Notes under the pieces: generated by a model
What the model saw: the letters and a program-made list of their open reading frames with translations, nothing else
Told to the model about the DNA's origin: nothing
The model's database searches: none
NCBI GenBank assembly: GCA_964019335.1
Contig: OZ025730.1
Coordinates: forward strand, 124,001 to 188,000
From: Diplonema japonicum
Lineage: Eukaryota > Protista > Euglenozoa: Diplonemea
Reading direction: 5' to 3'
Length of the DNA stretch: 64,000 nucleotides
Shown: positions 12,431 through 23,512 of the stretch, piece after piece
How the letters are laid out: every line of letters starts with the position of its first letter
Position numbering within the stretch: the first letter of the stretch is position 1
Position numbers and translations under genes: made by a program

Positions 12431-12898
12431 AAAAAAAAAAAAAAAAAAGAACTACTACCGAGGGAATAGAAGTTGGTACGGTATTTAAACGTACAGTATT
12501 TTAAAAAAAAAAAAAAAACAAAACAAAAAACGCACTTTAAAAAACGTTCATAAAAATGGGGGGGGGGTAATTTTTATACTCATCATGAAACAAACAATAT
12601 GGTCGCTTTGTCACAACTTCGTCCCCCCAGAAAAAAAACGAAAAATCCATGCTGCCAAGCGTGGCACGTTAACATTCAAGTTTACACATTTCTAGGGTAC
12701 TCGTATCGGTTAAGTGCTGCTATTCTTTTTTTTTTTTTTTTTTTTCTCTCCTTCTTCAAAGAATCGAATAATTGACCATACGTAAAAATAAAATAAAAAA
12801 ATTTAAAAAATAAAACAAAACAAAAAAATAAAAAGAGAGCGGCCTCTCCTTTTCTTTTTTTTTTTTTTTTTTTCGTTCATTCTCTTTCCGCACTCCCT

Positions 12899-13807
12899 CT
12901 ACCAAATCGGGGCATTCGGCTGCGAATTTGGAACCTTATCACCAGCGTAAAGAAGGACATTAGGCCGGCCTGACCCTACCCCGGGAATGTTGTCAGCACA
13001 GTTATGATGGTCATCCGAGGAGCACACCGCTGTGTTAGGAAGGTGCTTAACACCATTGGCAATCCCCACAGGTCCGATAAATCCCACGGAGCTGTTGAAA
13101 TTCCCTCCTGTGTAATATTCTTGGAAGGAAATGGTAGAGGGCTTCAGCTGACCGAGCTTAGTGCCGGACATGGCCTCGTCCCAGAAGAGCGAGCCTGCCT
13201 GATGAACAACACCTGCCTCAACATCCAAGAATGTGACACCCCACGCCACACCAGTGGAGTTCTCAAAGGTCTTTGTAACTGCGAACTTATACTCCCTCCC
13301 GGTTTTGATGATCTGGGTCGTCTCACAGTGGGAACCCTCACCTTCACCACCGAACCTGCTGCACTTCCCGAGGGGCTTGCTGTTCTTGACAGTCCCGTTC
13401 ACATCCCAGATTGCGAAGTCGATGATTTGCGTGCCATCGGAGTGGAACTGGCTTCCCATGTAACCCCCAGCACCCTCCCAGTAGAGCATCATGGACGCGT
13501 AACAGTTGAAACCTGTTTCTGGCATTGCGACCCACTGTACTGAATACTCAATGGACTCGAACTGTGGAGTGCCTGCGGGGAAGCCGTAGATTGCGTGCCC
13601 GCTTGTGCCGATGTCCGTGTTTTTGCAGACGCAGTCGGCGCCGTGTCGTACACAGTACGGTGTTCCCGCGGGGCAAGCGGTGTCCTGTGCGGGGCAGGCC
13701 GACACGTTTGTGCACGATGTGCAGCTGTTTGCCGCACCGCTCATCAGAAACCCGTTTTCCGCAGCACCCCCCGCCACGAGGATGGCAACCATCAACATGC
13801 GCAACAT
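12899..13807 (-). CDS. Secreted DUF3472-like beta-sandwich protein
   Basis: Signal peptide and a short Cys-rich module. GGYMGSQ...DFAIWD...RFGGEGEGSHC...KTGREYKF resembles my recollection of the DUF3472 motif pattern. Confidence 0.6.
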   Translation of the reverse strand: MLRMLMVAILVAGGAAENGFLMSGAANSCTSCTNVSACPAQDTACPAGTPYCVRHGADCVCKNTDIGTSGHAIYGFPAGTPQFESIEYSVQWVAMPETGFNCYASMMLYWEGAGGYMGSQFHSDGTQIIDFAIWDVNGTVKNSKPLGKCSRFGGEGEGSHCETTQIIKTGREYKFAVTKTFENSTGVAWGVTFLDVEAGVVHQAGSLFWDEAMSGTKLGQLKPSTISFQEYYTGGNFNSSVGFIGPVGIANGVKHLPNTAVCSSDDHHNCADNIPGVGSGRPNVLLYAGDKVPNSQPNAPIW

Positions 13808-14164
13808 TTTCTTTTTTGTTTTCTCTTTTTTTTTTGATAGGGGGGAAAGCTTGAGGGGAAAGATTGGGGGGGGGAATAAAAGAAATACTCTAGTGATCTA
13901 TTTGCTTCTTGTTTTCTTTCTTTTTTCCTTTTCTTTCGTTTTCCCTTCTCCCCCCCCCTTTTTTGCAACTTAACTTGCAAAAAAAAAAAAAAAAAGAAAA
14001 ACCTAAAAGATAAAAAAATAAAGGAAGAAGAAGAAAAAATAATTATTTTTAAAAAGATTCTCAAAAAAGAGTCGGTTGATTGTTGTTTGTGCACAGCCGG
14101 AAAAAAAAAAAAAAAAAAAAAAAGAATCCAAAAGCTGGTGTGTAAGCACACCGCCGCTTTTATT

Positions 14165-14464
14165 TCAGTCATGCACAGGTGTGAACACAGGGGAAGAGAA
14201 GCACGGGGTGTGGTTGGGCATCGACACATCCGACCAGTGTGAGAAGCTTGGCGTTGCGTCCGGCTTCGGATCGTCACTCAGGTGCTTAAGATATTGCTGT
14301 TGCTGTTGTTGTTGTTGCTGCTCGTGTTCCCGTTGATCCTGCTGCTCCTTCTCTTTTTGCTGAAGCCGTTTTCTTTGTTTGTTCAGAATCTCCTCAAGTG
14401 TCGCAGGGCGCAGAGTAGCAGTGTCACATGACACCACAACACGTCCAGAGGTGTCAAGCTGGCC

Positions 14465-14502
<38 letters not shown>

Positions 14503-16129
14503 GCTCTTTCTGCACACTCTCCAAAGCCTGCTTAAGCTGCTTCACCTGCGCTTTCAGACTGTCTATCTGCTTGATGTTCCCGCCCTTCTCCTCAGTGAGC
14601 TCTCTCAGCTTATTCTTCAGCTTCTTGTTCGTTTTCTGGTAGTAATAGTTGTCCTTCGCCACCTTGTCAAAATTCTGGTCCCTCTCGCGGAGCCCTTGAA
14701 GCTCCACAACTGAGATCACTGTCTCTAACTTGTTCGCAAGCTCCTCCCTTTCGGGGGATATGGACTCTGTGGGGATCAAGGACGTGCATGTGGAAGCATC
14801 AGTTTTGTGAACATGCCACGCAGATACCGGTGATCTTGGCGACCCTTGCTCAAGGGCTGCTATGCTGTCGTACGCCAAGGCAAGGTCCTCTTTCATCTGC
14901 AAACGTGAGGTTTCACATTCGATGAGCCGTTTCTTGAGAATGCGGGTTTCTTTGAGGTACTCCGCAAAGATACCTTCGTCTGCCTCGAGCTCCTCCTCCA
15001 GATCGACGACCTTCCTGCGCAGGGAATCGACTTCCTGGGACTGCGGGCTGTTCTCCATGCTAGGGGCCCGGTCCCGCTGTCTTTCGCGCTCCCGCGTCTT
15101 CTGGTTGAACCCGAAGTAGGCGACTTCTTGTTCGCATTTAAGCTGGCTGAGCATCTCCTTGCAAACGATTGGTGTGTTTGATATCTTCTTCGCCCTGCCT
15201 GCGTATGTTAAGGTGCTGATCGTTTCGTCTTGATTCATCTGCGACGGCGAGACACAGGCGATGAACACTGTTCGTGAAGACCCGCCCAGCGCGTCTTGAA
15301 GAAGCCTTGTCAGCTTTGAATCCCTGAATGGGATGTGCTGCGATTGTTTCCTGGACAGCCCTGTGATGACGTTGCTCAACGCCAGTAGACCCGCGTTGAT
15401 GCCGACGGACTCCTTGAAACGCTCTCCTGTGTTCCCCGTCTTTTTGTTTCTCTCCGACCCCGCAAGGTCGACAAGATGGAACTTTGAAGAAAACACCATG
15501 TCTGCCTCTGTACGCCTGTAGTGGATCGTGAATATACTATGTGAACGGCTCGACTGCGAGTTCATCAGCGTGGGGGCTGTGGCGCGGTACGACGTCCCAC
15601 GCTCGAGGATTGACAGGGCGTGGGCTTGTCCAGTGACGGCAGTGATGGTCATGTTGGGAACATGGATTCCGCCGTCTTGAGCTTCACGGATGGGAAGGTC
15701 CTCGGTGTCGGTGTTGAGCAGGTCGCGTACTGTGTCGTTGTAGACTTCTAAGTAGGAGACATCGACAGCGTGGCTCTGGGAAGCGGGGTTTGAGAAGATT
15801 GCGGCGAGAACCTTGGGTGTGATTCCTGTCATGGTGTGTGTCTTCCCGCTCCCTGTCTGGCCGTAGGCCATCACCGTGGCATTGATTCCCCTCATGAAGC
15901 TCTCGATGAGGTCGCTTACGCTCTCTTCGTAGACTTTGTCGCTTTCGTCGCCTGGTCCGTAGACTCGGTCGAACCCGAACACCTTCCCCCCCTTCCCCGC
16001 CCCTGGTTCATCCACGTGCAGCGACCGTCCGTCCCGTAGGTCCGTGATGCATACCCGTTGCCCCGCTTCCCGTGTTTCATTTTCGGTAAGCGGGCGGACC
16101 CGCACCGCTACCTTCACGCATTCTTCCAT
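14165..16129 (-). CDS. Kinesin motor protein (kinesin-4/KIF7/27-like) with coiled coil and polyQ
   Basis: Motifs VAVRVRP, P-loop AYGQTGSGKT, NSQSSRSH, LVDLAGSER and HIPFRDSKLTRLLQDALGG. CAG/CAA polyQ tracts lie near the C-terminus. Confidence 0.95.
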
Positions 16130-16360
16130 TTTTTTTTTTCTTTTTTTTTTTTCCGTGATGCAAAAAAAAAAAAAAAAAAAAAAAAGACGATGCCCCCCTG
16201 CCCCCCTCCTACTTTTAGAACTACCGAAGAAATAATTATGGAAGACAAAAACAAAACGAAAAAAGACACCTTCGAACCCGTTTACGTGTAAAAAATTGTA
16301 GGATAAAAAACAAAAAGGAGGGGGGGGGGGGGGGGGGGAAGTGAAGGAGGAGGTGGAATA

Positions 16361-16822
16361 CTAATGACGGCGATGGTGGTGGTGATGGCTGTTCAGAAAT
16401 GCTGCGTTAGATATGGCCCTTTGGACGTCTCGCTGCGCACCGGTCCCAGCAAGATGCGTGGTTTTGAGCGCGGAGTTGGCGACGTGCACCTGATGGGAAT
16501 ATTTGCGTGCCAACCGCGACGCTGCTAGAGAAGCAGTGACAGAGCTGGCTAGTGCTGCTGCGTGTGCCTTCTCTGCCACATGGCTTGCCCTTCCTGCTGC
16601 TGTAACAGCTTCGAGTGACCGTGCTTGGGCCTGTCTTGTATATTCCAGCGCTCTTCCGTTAGATATCTGTGCCTCCCTCATCAGTCCCTTGGCTCTCCGG
16701 AGGTCACCCCTTGCCGCACTCCCCCCACCTTCCGCTCCTTTTATATTGTACTCGACCACTGTATCTGCCACGCCCTCTCCCAACACGCTCGCCAAGCTGT
16801 TTCTTAAGAAAGACTTCCCCAT
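16361..16822 (-). CDS. Hypothetical Ala-rich helical protein with C-terminal His run
   Basis: 153-aa ORF in a GC island with an A-rich leader. Confidence 0.6.
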   Translation of the reverse strand: MGKSFLRNSLASVLGEGVADTVVEYNIKGAEGGGSAARGDLRRAKGLMREAQISNGRALEYTRQAQARSLEAVTAAGRASHVAEKAHAAALASSVTASLAASRLARKYSHQVHVANSALKTTHLAGTGAQRDVQRAISNAAFLNSHHHHHRRH

Positions 16823-17100
16823 TTTTTCTTTCTTTCTTTTCTATTGTTCGTTTATGTGCACCCTTTTTTTTTGGGGGGGGGGTTTTAAAGCATTGAGGGT
16901 AAAAAATTCTATAAAAAAAAGGGAAAAAAAAAAAAAAAAAAACAAATAAGGTAAATGGTGTAAAAGATAAAGTTTGTTTTTTTTTTTAATGGTTTTTTTT
17001 TTTCATTGTTTCCCCCCTCCCCCCTTTTTTTTTTGCTCTATCTGTTATTTATAGTGTTCGCGCCCATGTGCTCGTCGACTGGGTTTTTTTTTTTTTTTTT

Positions 17101-17820
17101 TTATTTAATTCTGAGCAGCTCTCTCAAAGAATTTAGGCCGGAAGATATAAATCAGGTTTCACTTTATTTCACGCCCAGACCTGGGCGTGAAATAAAGTAT
17201 CTGATTTTTTCCTCATGTTTTTAAGCCAAACGTTGCTGATTTTGCTGGGCGTGAAAATCAGGTACTTCATTTCACGCCCACAGTCATTTCTAGCAAAATG
17301 GGAAGAAAACCGAAGGCGACCGGGAAGCGAGCCAAGGGCATCAGCCAAAGAGGCCAAAGTTGTGATGGAAGACACGCTTCCAACGGCAAGCAAAATAGCC
17401 TACAAGAAGGAGTGGGAGAGGTTTTGCACCTACCACTCGATCAAACCCACGCCCCTTCAGCCCTGCCCCCTTCGACACAGCCCACTTCTTCAGCAGTGCA
17501 CAGAATCACGTTTGACATAAACGTCAACATCAATTCGCCGAATTGATCATACCAAACCCAGTACCGTGTTCAGTAAAGACTCGCGCATTGCGCCGCTACA
17601 AGCAGGCAGCAGCGAAGCCACACTTAGCACCTAAATTCTTTTCGAGAGCAGCTCATCATTAAATAAAATGCAGTATTGAATAAAATCAGACCATGATTTC
17701 ACTTGTGGGGTCCCCTTTTTGACGAGTGATTTTACTTCACGAGCGAAGCGAGTGAAGTAAAAAAACGAGTCAAAAAGGGGACCCCACAAGTGAAATCAGG
17801 CTATCTGATTTTCATTTAAT
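17101..17820 (+). mobile_element. Internally deleted Crypton-like (tyrosine recombinase) element
   Basis: Imperfect 37-bp IR (17101-17137 / 17630-17666), perfect 18-bp-arm palindrome (17161-17198), and perfect 30-bp-arm hairpin (17694-17798) whose loop contains GAGCGAAGCGAG. The remnant peptide AKEAKVVMEDTLPTASKIAYKKEWERF resembles Crypton recombinase N-termini. Confidence 0.55.
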
Positions 17821-17851
17821 AAATAGCTATTTTTTTTTTTTTTTTTTTTTT

Positions 17852-18563
17852 CCCCCACGGAATCCTGCAAGGGTGCCCGATCTCCATCATCATGAAAACG
17901 CTCTACTAGCGATCTTGATGAGGAGTGAACATCACCGGACGGCGAGCAGAGCGAAAGCGAGGACAGGTCGGAAGAGGAAGGGGACGAGACACAAGAGCGC
18001 ATGAACAAGAGACCTACGACAGACGACGTCACAAGACAAAGAGAGCAACATGCTCCGACACGCACTATGGGAATGCAGTGTGGCAAAGGAGGTGCAACAG
18101 AAAGAAGTAGTGGTGAACAAGCGGTGGTAAACGAGACCAGCTTCTCCAGGACAAGAGAAAACGTACACGGACCTACCCTGGGAACAGATAACGGAAGGAT
18201 ACGCTCATGCGCCCAGCCTGAGTGGAGGGAGCCTGACGATGAAGCACGGAAAAGACATCATCAAGTAGCTCAGGAAGCTGAAGTAGTACGACGGACCGAG
18301 GAAGACGACAGTCACCACAATGGAACTCGTACTAGACTTCGAGAACACGCTGGGCGTCGAGCCGATCACGGGGAAGAAGGGTGATCAGGCCATGATACAG
18401 AAAAAGGCACGGAGTTTCCACGGCCTCCTGGAGAGAATCCAAGAAGGGTGGGACGCAGCATGCATACAGAAGCACCAAGAAGGACCTTAAGAAACTGGGC
18501 AAGAAGTGGCAAGAAAGAGAAGATACTTTGAGAAAGGCAAAACACAGCCGAAATAGTAGACAA
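17852..18563 (+). pseudogene. Degenerate 3' fragment of the same non-LTR retrotransposon family
   Basis: Translates to MLRHALWECSVAKEVQQKE (cf. LLRHQLWECEVALEVQKKE) and MELVLDFE...QKKARSFHGLLERIQEGW (cf. IELAIDFE...DKKAVRIKRILDTLQATW), with in-frame stops. T runs flank both sides. Confidence 0.75.
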
Positions 18564-18949
18564 TTTTTTTTTCTTTCTTCTTCCCCCTCCCCCTTTTTTT
18601 TTTTCATACCGAAATCTCGTTCCCAAAGCCCGAATTCTCACAAGTCCCAATTTTCCAACCCTGTCTCACCATCGGGGAGAGGGCCGCCCCGTTTTCCGCT
18701 CTTGTCTGGAGGCACTTTTGATGGTCAGAACTGTCCGGCTTGTAAAGAGCCACGTGGGGAACCGTAGCGGAAGCGGTGAGGGGCATCTTTCTGTTGGAAC
18801 CTCTCTTATTTGTTTTTTTTTTTTTTTTTTTTTTTTTTTTTCCCCTCCCCTTACTTTAGACTTCAAAAAAAAAAAAAAAATAGAAACAAGAGGGAGCACG
18901 AAAAAAAGAAAAAAAAGAACCCCTCGTGTAAATCTCACCGTAATCATAT

Positions 18950-20538
18950 GGCATCGTTTCAAAAAAAAACCCCCCCAAAATGAGGCCAATTGACACTTTC
19001 AATATTTCTCTAAGTACTTTTTCCCAAAGAAAAAAAATTCTACAACTTTCCCGGCCCAGGTTAGGAAAGAAAACGCCCCAGAAAATGGGAAAGTGAGTGT
19101 TACTAGTACCCAGAAAATTCAGTCCTAGGGGCAAAAATGGGTTTTTTCACTTTGCACAAATTCAGTAAAAGAGGGGGTGACAAAAATGGATGCTTTTAAA
19201 CTTGCTGTTGAGAAGCTAGGGGTAAAAAAAAATGGTATTCGGACCGAGAAAGGGTAAATGGGAACACCACGGCGATCAGGACACTCGCCACAGAGGTTTT
19301 TGAGAAGCTCAGTGGCAACGACTGTGCTGCACTAGTTTGTGAAGTGGTGTGTAAAAGGGAACTTCTAGCGGCACTTCTGCTGTCATTTTCTGGTTGATTT
19401 AGTAGCCAACAAGACACCACACGGCGCCAATTGGTCAGAGGCATGAGGCTTGACCACATCACACATGATGAAATAAGGGCAGCTGGCCTTACTGTTGGAA
19501 AAGTCTTGTTCCACAGTAGCATGGGCACAGAAAAAAATAAAGAAAAAAATGGAGTGGATACTCTGGACTGACGGTGGACGTCACTTTCGTGCAAAGGAAT
19601 TTTGCTACTTTGTTCTTTTTGGTCTTCGTTATGTATATCCCGATCGGACGTTTTCCCTGTGGTTTCTGGGGGAGAAACACGGCAAAAACAACAGGGACAG
19701 CCACTTTGGTGTGCTCTCTCGTGTTTGGTTTTGGGTGCCTCGTTCCACAACAATTAAAACTGTGGAACAAATAGCTAACATCACCAATACGATACGGTGT
19801 GCCGTGCATGTAGTTACTGATGTCTTTGGCCCGTACAAAAAGAAAATTCTTGAGTTTCCGGATTTTACAGGTGCATATGAGCTCAGGAGCACACCGGAGG
19901 GTGTATTTGCTACGTGCGGGTCCACGAGCTAGAAAGAACTAAAGTACATCATCAAAGAACTCGATGCAGACAGGGCAGAGAAAAGGCCCCCAGTCTATGA
20001 ATCTTGTGATGAGTATGAGGACGTTCCTGATAGCCTTCCCGGACTTGAAAAACGAGAAAGAATAGTAACCAAATTACGAAAATACTCGCCACCCCATGAC
20101 AAGCCCAAAGCACCAAGTACACCTATGAATGAGCCTCTTAAAACCCCCCCAAAATGCGGTAGAAGGCCTAATAGTATGAAAAAGAAACGAGGTCGCCCAC
20201 TCAGCAGCAGCACATCTCAGCCGCAGAAGACTAGGAAATGAAGGTTTCCACTTCCAACATCATTTCAGCCACCTTCTAGCAGTGAGTTTCGCTATTTCTT
20301 GCTATTGAAAGCATACTCTCTGACTTTACCAAAACCACTAAAACCCGATTTTGACCCTAAGACTGAATTTTTCATAGGTCAAAATAGCACCCTTGAGCGA
20401 TTTCTGACCCGGGTTCTTTCCTAATATGGGCCGGGAAATATGGAGAATTTTTTTTAAAGGGGGCGGCATGCCCAAAGATGCAACGAAAGTGTCAGTTGGC
20501 CTCATTTTTTTTTGGGGGGGGGTTTTTGAAATCGACCC
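18950..20538 (+). mobile_element. Non-autonomous TIR DNA transposon, Sola-like, copy 2 (inverted relative to copy 1)
   Basis: Reverse complement of 849-2428 with identical ORF translations. ATAT flanks at 18946-18949 and 20539-20542. Confidence 0.85.
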
Positions 20539-20689
20539 ATATAAAAAACCGATCGCTTTTTTTTTTTTCTTTTTTTTTTTTTTCGTTTGCGTGAGCACAC
20601 GATTCAGTCAAGCACTGTGGATGACAATCAATCGCAGCGCGGCATTCCTTTTTTCCTCCTTTGTGTAAATGGTGTAATCCTCCTTCTCA

Positions 20690-21142
20690 CTATGTGGGTT
20701 GTTCCGACTCAGGCAAAATGTAGCCCCGCACAGAAACGCTTTCGGAGGAGGGTTCAGTGGGGCAGTCCAGGCGAAAGCAAGCATGAACAACAGCGTCGGT
20801 GTGCAGATGGCGAAGTGACACCTCACACCACCAATAGATAACGCCTTCTTCTTCAGGGGCTGATAGTAGCTGAGTCTTCCAGTAGGAAGTGTTGTCCACA
20901 ACGCAGTTTCGCAGCGTGGGCTCTTCGTCGTCCGTGTCGTCCTCTTCCTCTTTGAGGAACTCCGTGACTATTTTTAGGTCCTCTCCTTCTGCATCTGCGG
21001 GAACGCATCCCCCACATGTCAACACATCATTAGGAGCAATGAATGTCCACTTTAGTTCTGTGGCACCTGATTTCTTCGACAGCCCACCCTGTGAAGGATC
21101 ATGCGTCATTCCCCGTGAAGAAGGGCTTGTCGTGTTGCCCAT
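20690..21142 (-). CDS. Hypothetical protein, possible N-myristoylation (MGNTTS)
   Basis: 150-aa ORF with an A-rich leader and an MGxxxS consensus. Confidence 0.6.
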   Translation of the reverse strand: MGNTTSPSSRGMTHDPSQGGLSKKSGATELKWTFIAPNDVLTCGGCVPADAEGEDLKIVTEFLKEEEDDTDDEEPTLRNCVVDNTSYWKTQLLSAPEEEGVIYWWCEVSLRHLHTDAVVHACFRLDCPTEPSSESVSVRGYILPESEQPT

Positions 21143-21895
21143 TTATTTTTTCTTTTTTTTTTCTTTTTTCTGTTCGCTGCTGTACGGTTTTTTTAAAAAA
21201 AAAAAAAGGCGATGGATTGGAAGAAACAAAAAAAAAAAAAGAAACAAAAAAGAAAAAGAGCAAACGGTTCGCATTTTTTTTTGAAAGAAAAAAAAAAAAG
21301 GAAGGGAGGAGAGGAAAAAAAAAGGAGAAGAAAAAAAAGAGGGGTAAAAAAAAACTCAATAAAACAGGGACTTCAATGGACACGTTATAGGAGAAAAGGG
21401 TGAGAAGAAATAAAAATGGGGGGGGTAATTTCGCACAAAAGAATCCTTCTTAACCAGCAACAGAGTCAAGAGCCCTTCTTCTCCCGTAGACGCCACTGTC
21501 AGTTAACCTGCCCTCGCAGGGCAAGCCATTCGCTGGCTGAAAACAACCGCAAAAACAAAGTGACAGTAGCTCTATCAGGAGAGAAAGCAAAAGGGGCAGC
21601 TTAGTTGAAAGAAGATACTTAAAATAATAAAATAAAATAAAAGGAGGGAATCGCACTTTTTGGAGGAGCTTTTTTTTCTTTTTAAAAAAAAGAAGTTGAA
21701 TCAACACAAATAAAAGGGCAGGCGCCTCATCTACGTATTCGATGTCCTTCTTCTTTTTTTTAAAAAAAAACATCATTCCGCATAGCGGAACAAGGGAAAG
21801 ATAACGAGAAAAGGGTTCGGGGAATTTGGATGGGAGAAAGGGGAAAACGTGTTTTTTTTTTTTTTTTGGCGAAGAAAAAATCTTCCGTTTCCCGT

Positions 21896-23512
21896 CTAGT
21901 TACAAGTACCCTGTTCGTTGTTGGAGCAAGTGCAATCCTGCTCTGGGCAGACGGCGGGGTCGACAGCGGTGGCGAAGTCCCAACCGATGCAATGGTAGCA
22001 GGTAATGGCGTTGAAGGGGTCGTACCTCCTCTTGGCCCTGAGCAGCCTGTTGTAGTTACCCATGCTGCCCCAGTAGCGCTCCTTCCAATCGTTGGCAGGG
22101 AAGTTGTGCTGCGGCTCGTTCCAGTACACCCAACCGGTCCCGAAGGGCTTGATGGTGCTCTCCCCCCAAGTGTCCATGTCTGACACCATCTGCAGTCTCT
22201 GTTCCACAGTAGCGCTGTCAGCCCATGTCCCAACGCAGGTGACTTGGATGTCCGCATTCCTCATTGCGGGCGAGATCGATGTCTCCTCCCCGTGCACGTC
22301 AAGCTCCTTCATCTTCCCCCCCAGAACAGAGGACTGCGTGCAGAACTTCGTCATTGGGATCGTTTCCGGCTTCAACACCCATGCCGTGGTGGTCTGGATG
22401 AGCTCCAGAGCCTTGTCAGCGGAGACAGACGTCGAGATCGTGTACTGGTTCCCGCCCGCAGAGGGTGCCAGGGCGTTCACAAGGTTGTAGTAAGTGTCCG
22501 TGTTGTTCTGCTGGCAGTTCCCTGGGAGCAGCCCCGGCACGCACCCCGGGAGGGTCGACAGCTTCGAGATGTGCTGGTCGCAGTCATCACCGTAGCAGAA
22601 CGACACCATGAAGACAGGGTTCCCGGGGATGAACCCCATCGTGAGGTAGTAACCACCTGCCTCCTTCGGCGCCTGCGAGATGAAGTTGTGGTATCCCTGC
22701 ATGATGGCAGCGGAGTGTTCAGGGGACTGGGGGAAGAATGCACCAAAGAAGGTGGTGACCTTCTGGGGGGTGGGGTGAAGCTTGAACGTCATGCTCACGG
22801 CGATCCCGTAAGCAGAGCCGCCGCTCCCACGGAGCGATCTGAAGAGCTCCCTGTGACGGTGCTCAGAGGCGGTGATGACCCTCCCGTTCGTGAGCACAAC
22901 ACGCATGGCAACAAGGTGGTCGGCACCGAGACCGGTCAGCCTGCTGAGGTAGCCGTGGCCGCCGCCGGTCGCCCATCCGTAGGGACCCACAGTGCTGTCC
23001 CCACCAGTTGCGATGGCCCACTCGCCGTAGGTTTCTTCCTTCACGAACTCTGTGATCTCACCGAATGTCTGCCCGGGACCCACCTTGATGTGCTTCTCCT
23101 CACCGGCATCGAGAAGGGTCTTCTCGTCGAACTGTGTCATCACAATGTGCACTGCGTTGTCGGCAATGTTCCTGACGTCCATGTGGTGCCCTGTGCTCAG
23201 CACGGAGATCCTCATGTTGTGCCACCTTGCGAAGCGCAGGGTCTTCTGGATGTCACGCACGCAGTTTGGGAACACGATCATCGCGGGCTGCGGGAGGTTC
23301 GTCCTCGTGCTGAAGGTGTACGGTGCGTACTCCGCATCACCCTTAACGTGCACTTCGCCCCTGATGAAGTGCTTGAACCACATGAACTGGCTGTCGCTGG
23401 GCCACAGCCACGTCCCTGGCAAACTGTACCTGTAACCGACGTGGTACCCTCCCCAAGCCTCAGCACCCCCTGCAAGGGCCATCAGCATGCTGGCAATCAG
23501 CAGAGCTTTCAT
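21896..23512 (-). CDS. Secreted FAD-linked oxidase, berberine-bridge-enzyme / VAO family (AA7-like)
   Basis: Signal peptide. FAD-binding motifs ISVLSTGHH, GWATGGGHGYLSRLTGLGAD and LFRSLRGSGG, and the BBE C-terminal motif YWNE...YWG..NYNRLLRAKRRYDP. Confidence 0.9.
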   Translation of the reverse strand: MKALLIASMLMALAGGAEAWGGYHVGYRYSLPGTWLWPSDSQFMWFKHFIRGEVHVKGDAEYAPYTFSTRTNLPQPAMIVFPNCVRDIQKTLRFARWHNMRISVLSTGHHMDVRNIADNAVHIVMTQFDEKTLLDAGEEKHIKVGPGQTFGEITEFVKEETYGEWAIATGGDSTVGPYGWATGGGHGYLSRLTGLGADHLVAMRVVLTNGRVITASEHRHRELFRSLRGSGGSAYGIAVSMTFKLHPTPQKVTTFFGAFFPQSPEHSAAIMQGYHNFISQAPKEAGGYYLTMGFIPGNPVFMVSFCYGDDCDQHISKLSTLPGCVPGLLPGNCQQNNTDTYYNLVNALAPSAGGNQYTISTSVSADKALELIQTTTAWVLKPETIPMTKFCTQSSVLGGKMKELDVHGEETSISPAMRNADIQVTCVGTWADSATVEQRLQMVSDMDTWGESTIKPFGTGWVYWNEPQHNFPANDWKERYWGSMGNYNRLLRAKRRYDPFNAITCYHCIGWDFATAVDPAVCPEQDCTCSNNEQGTCN

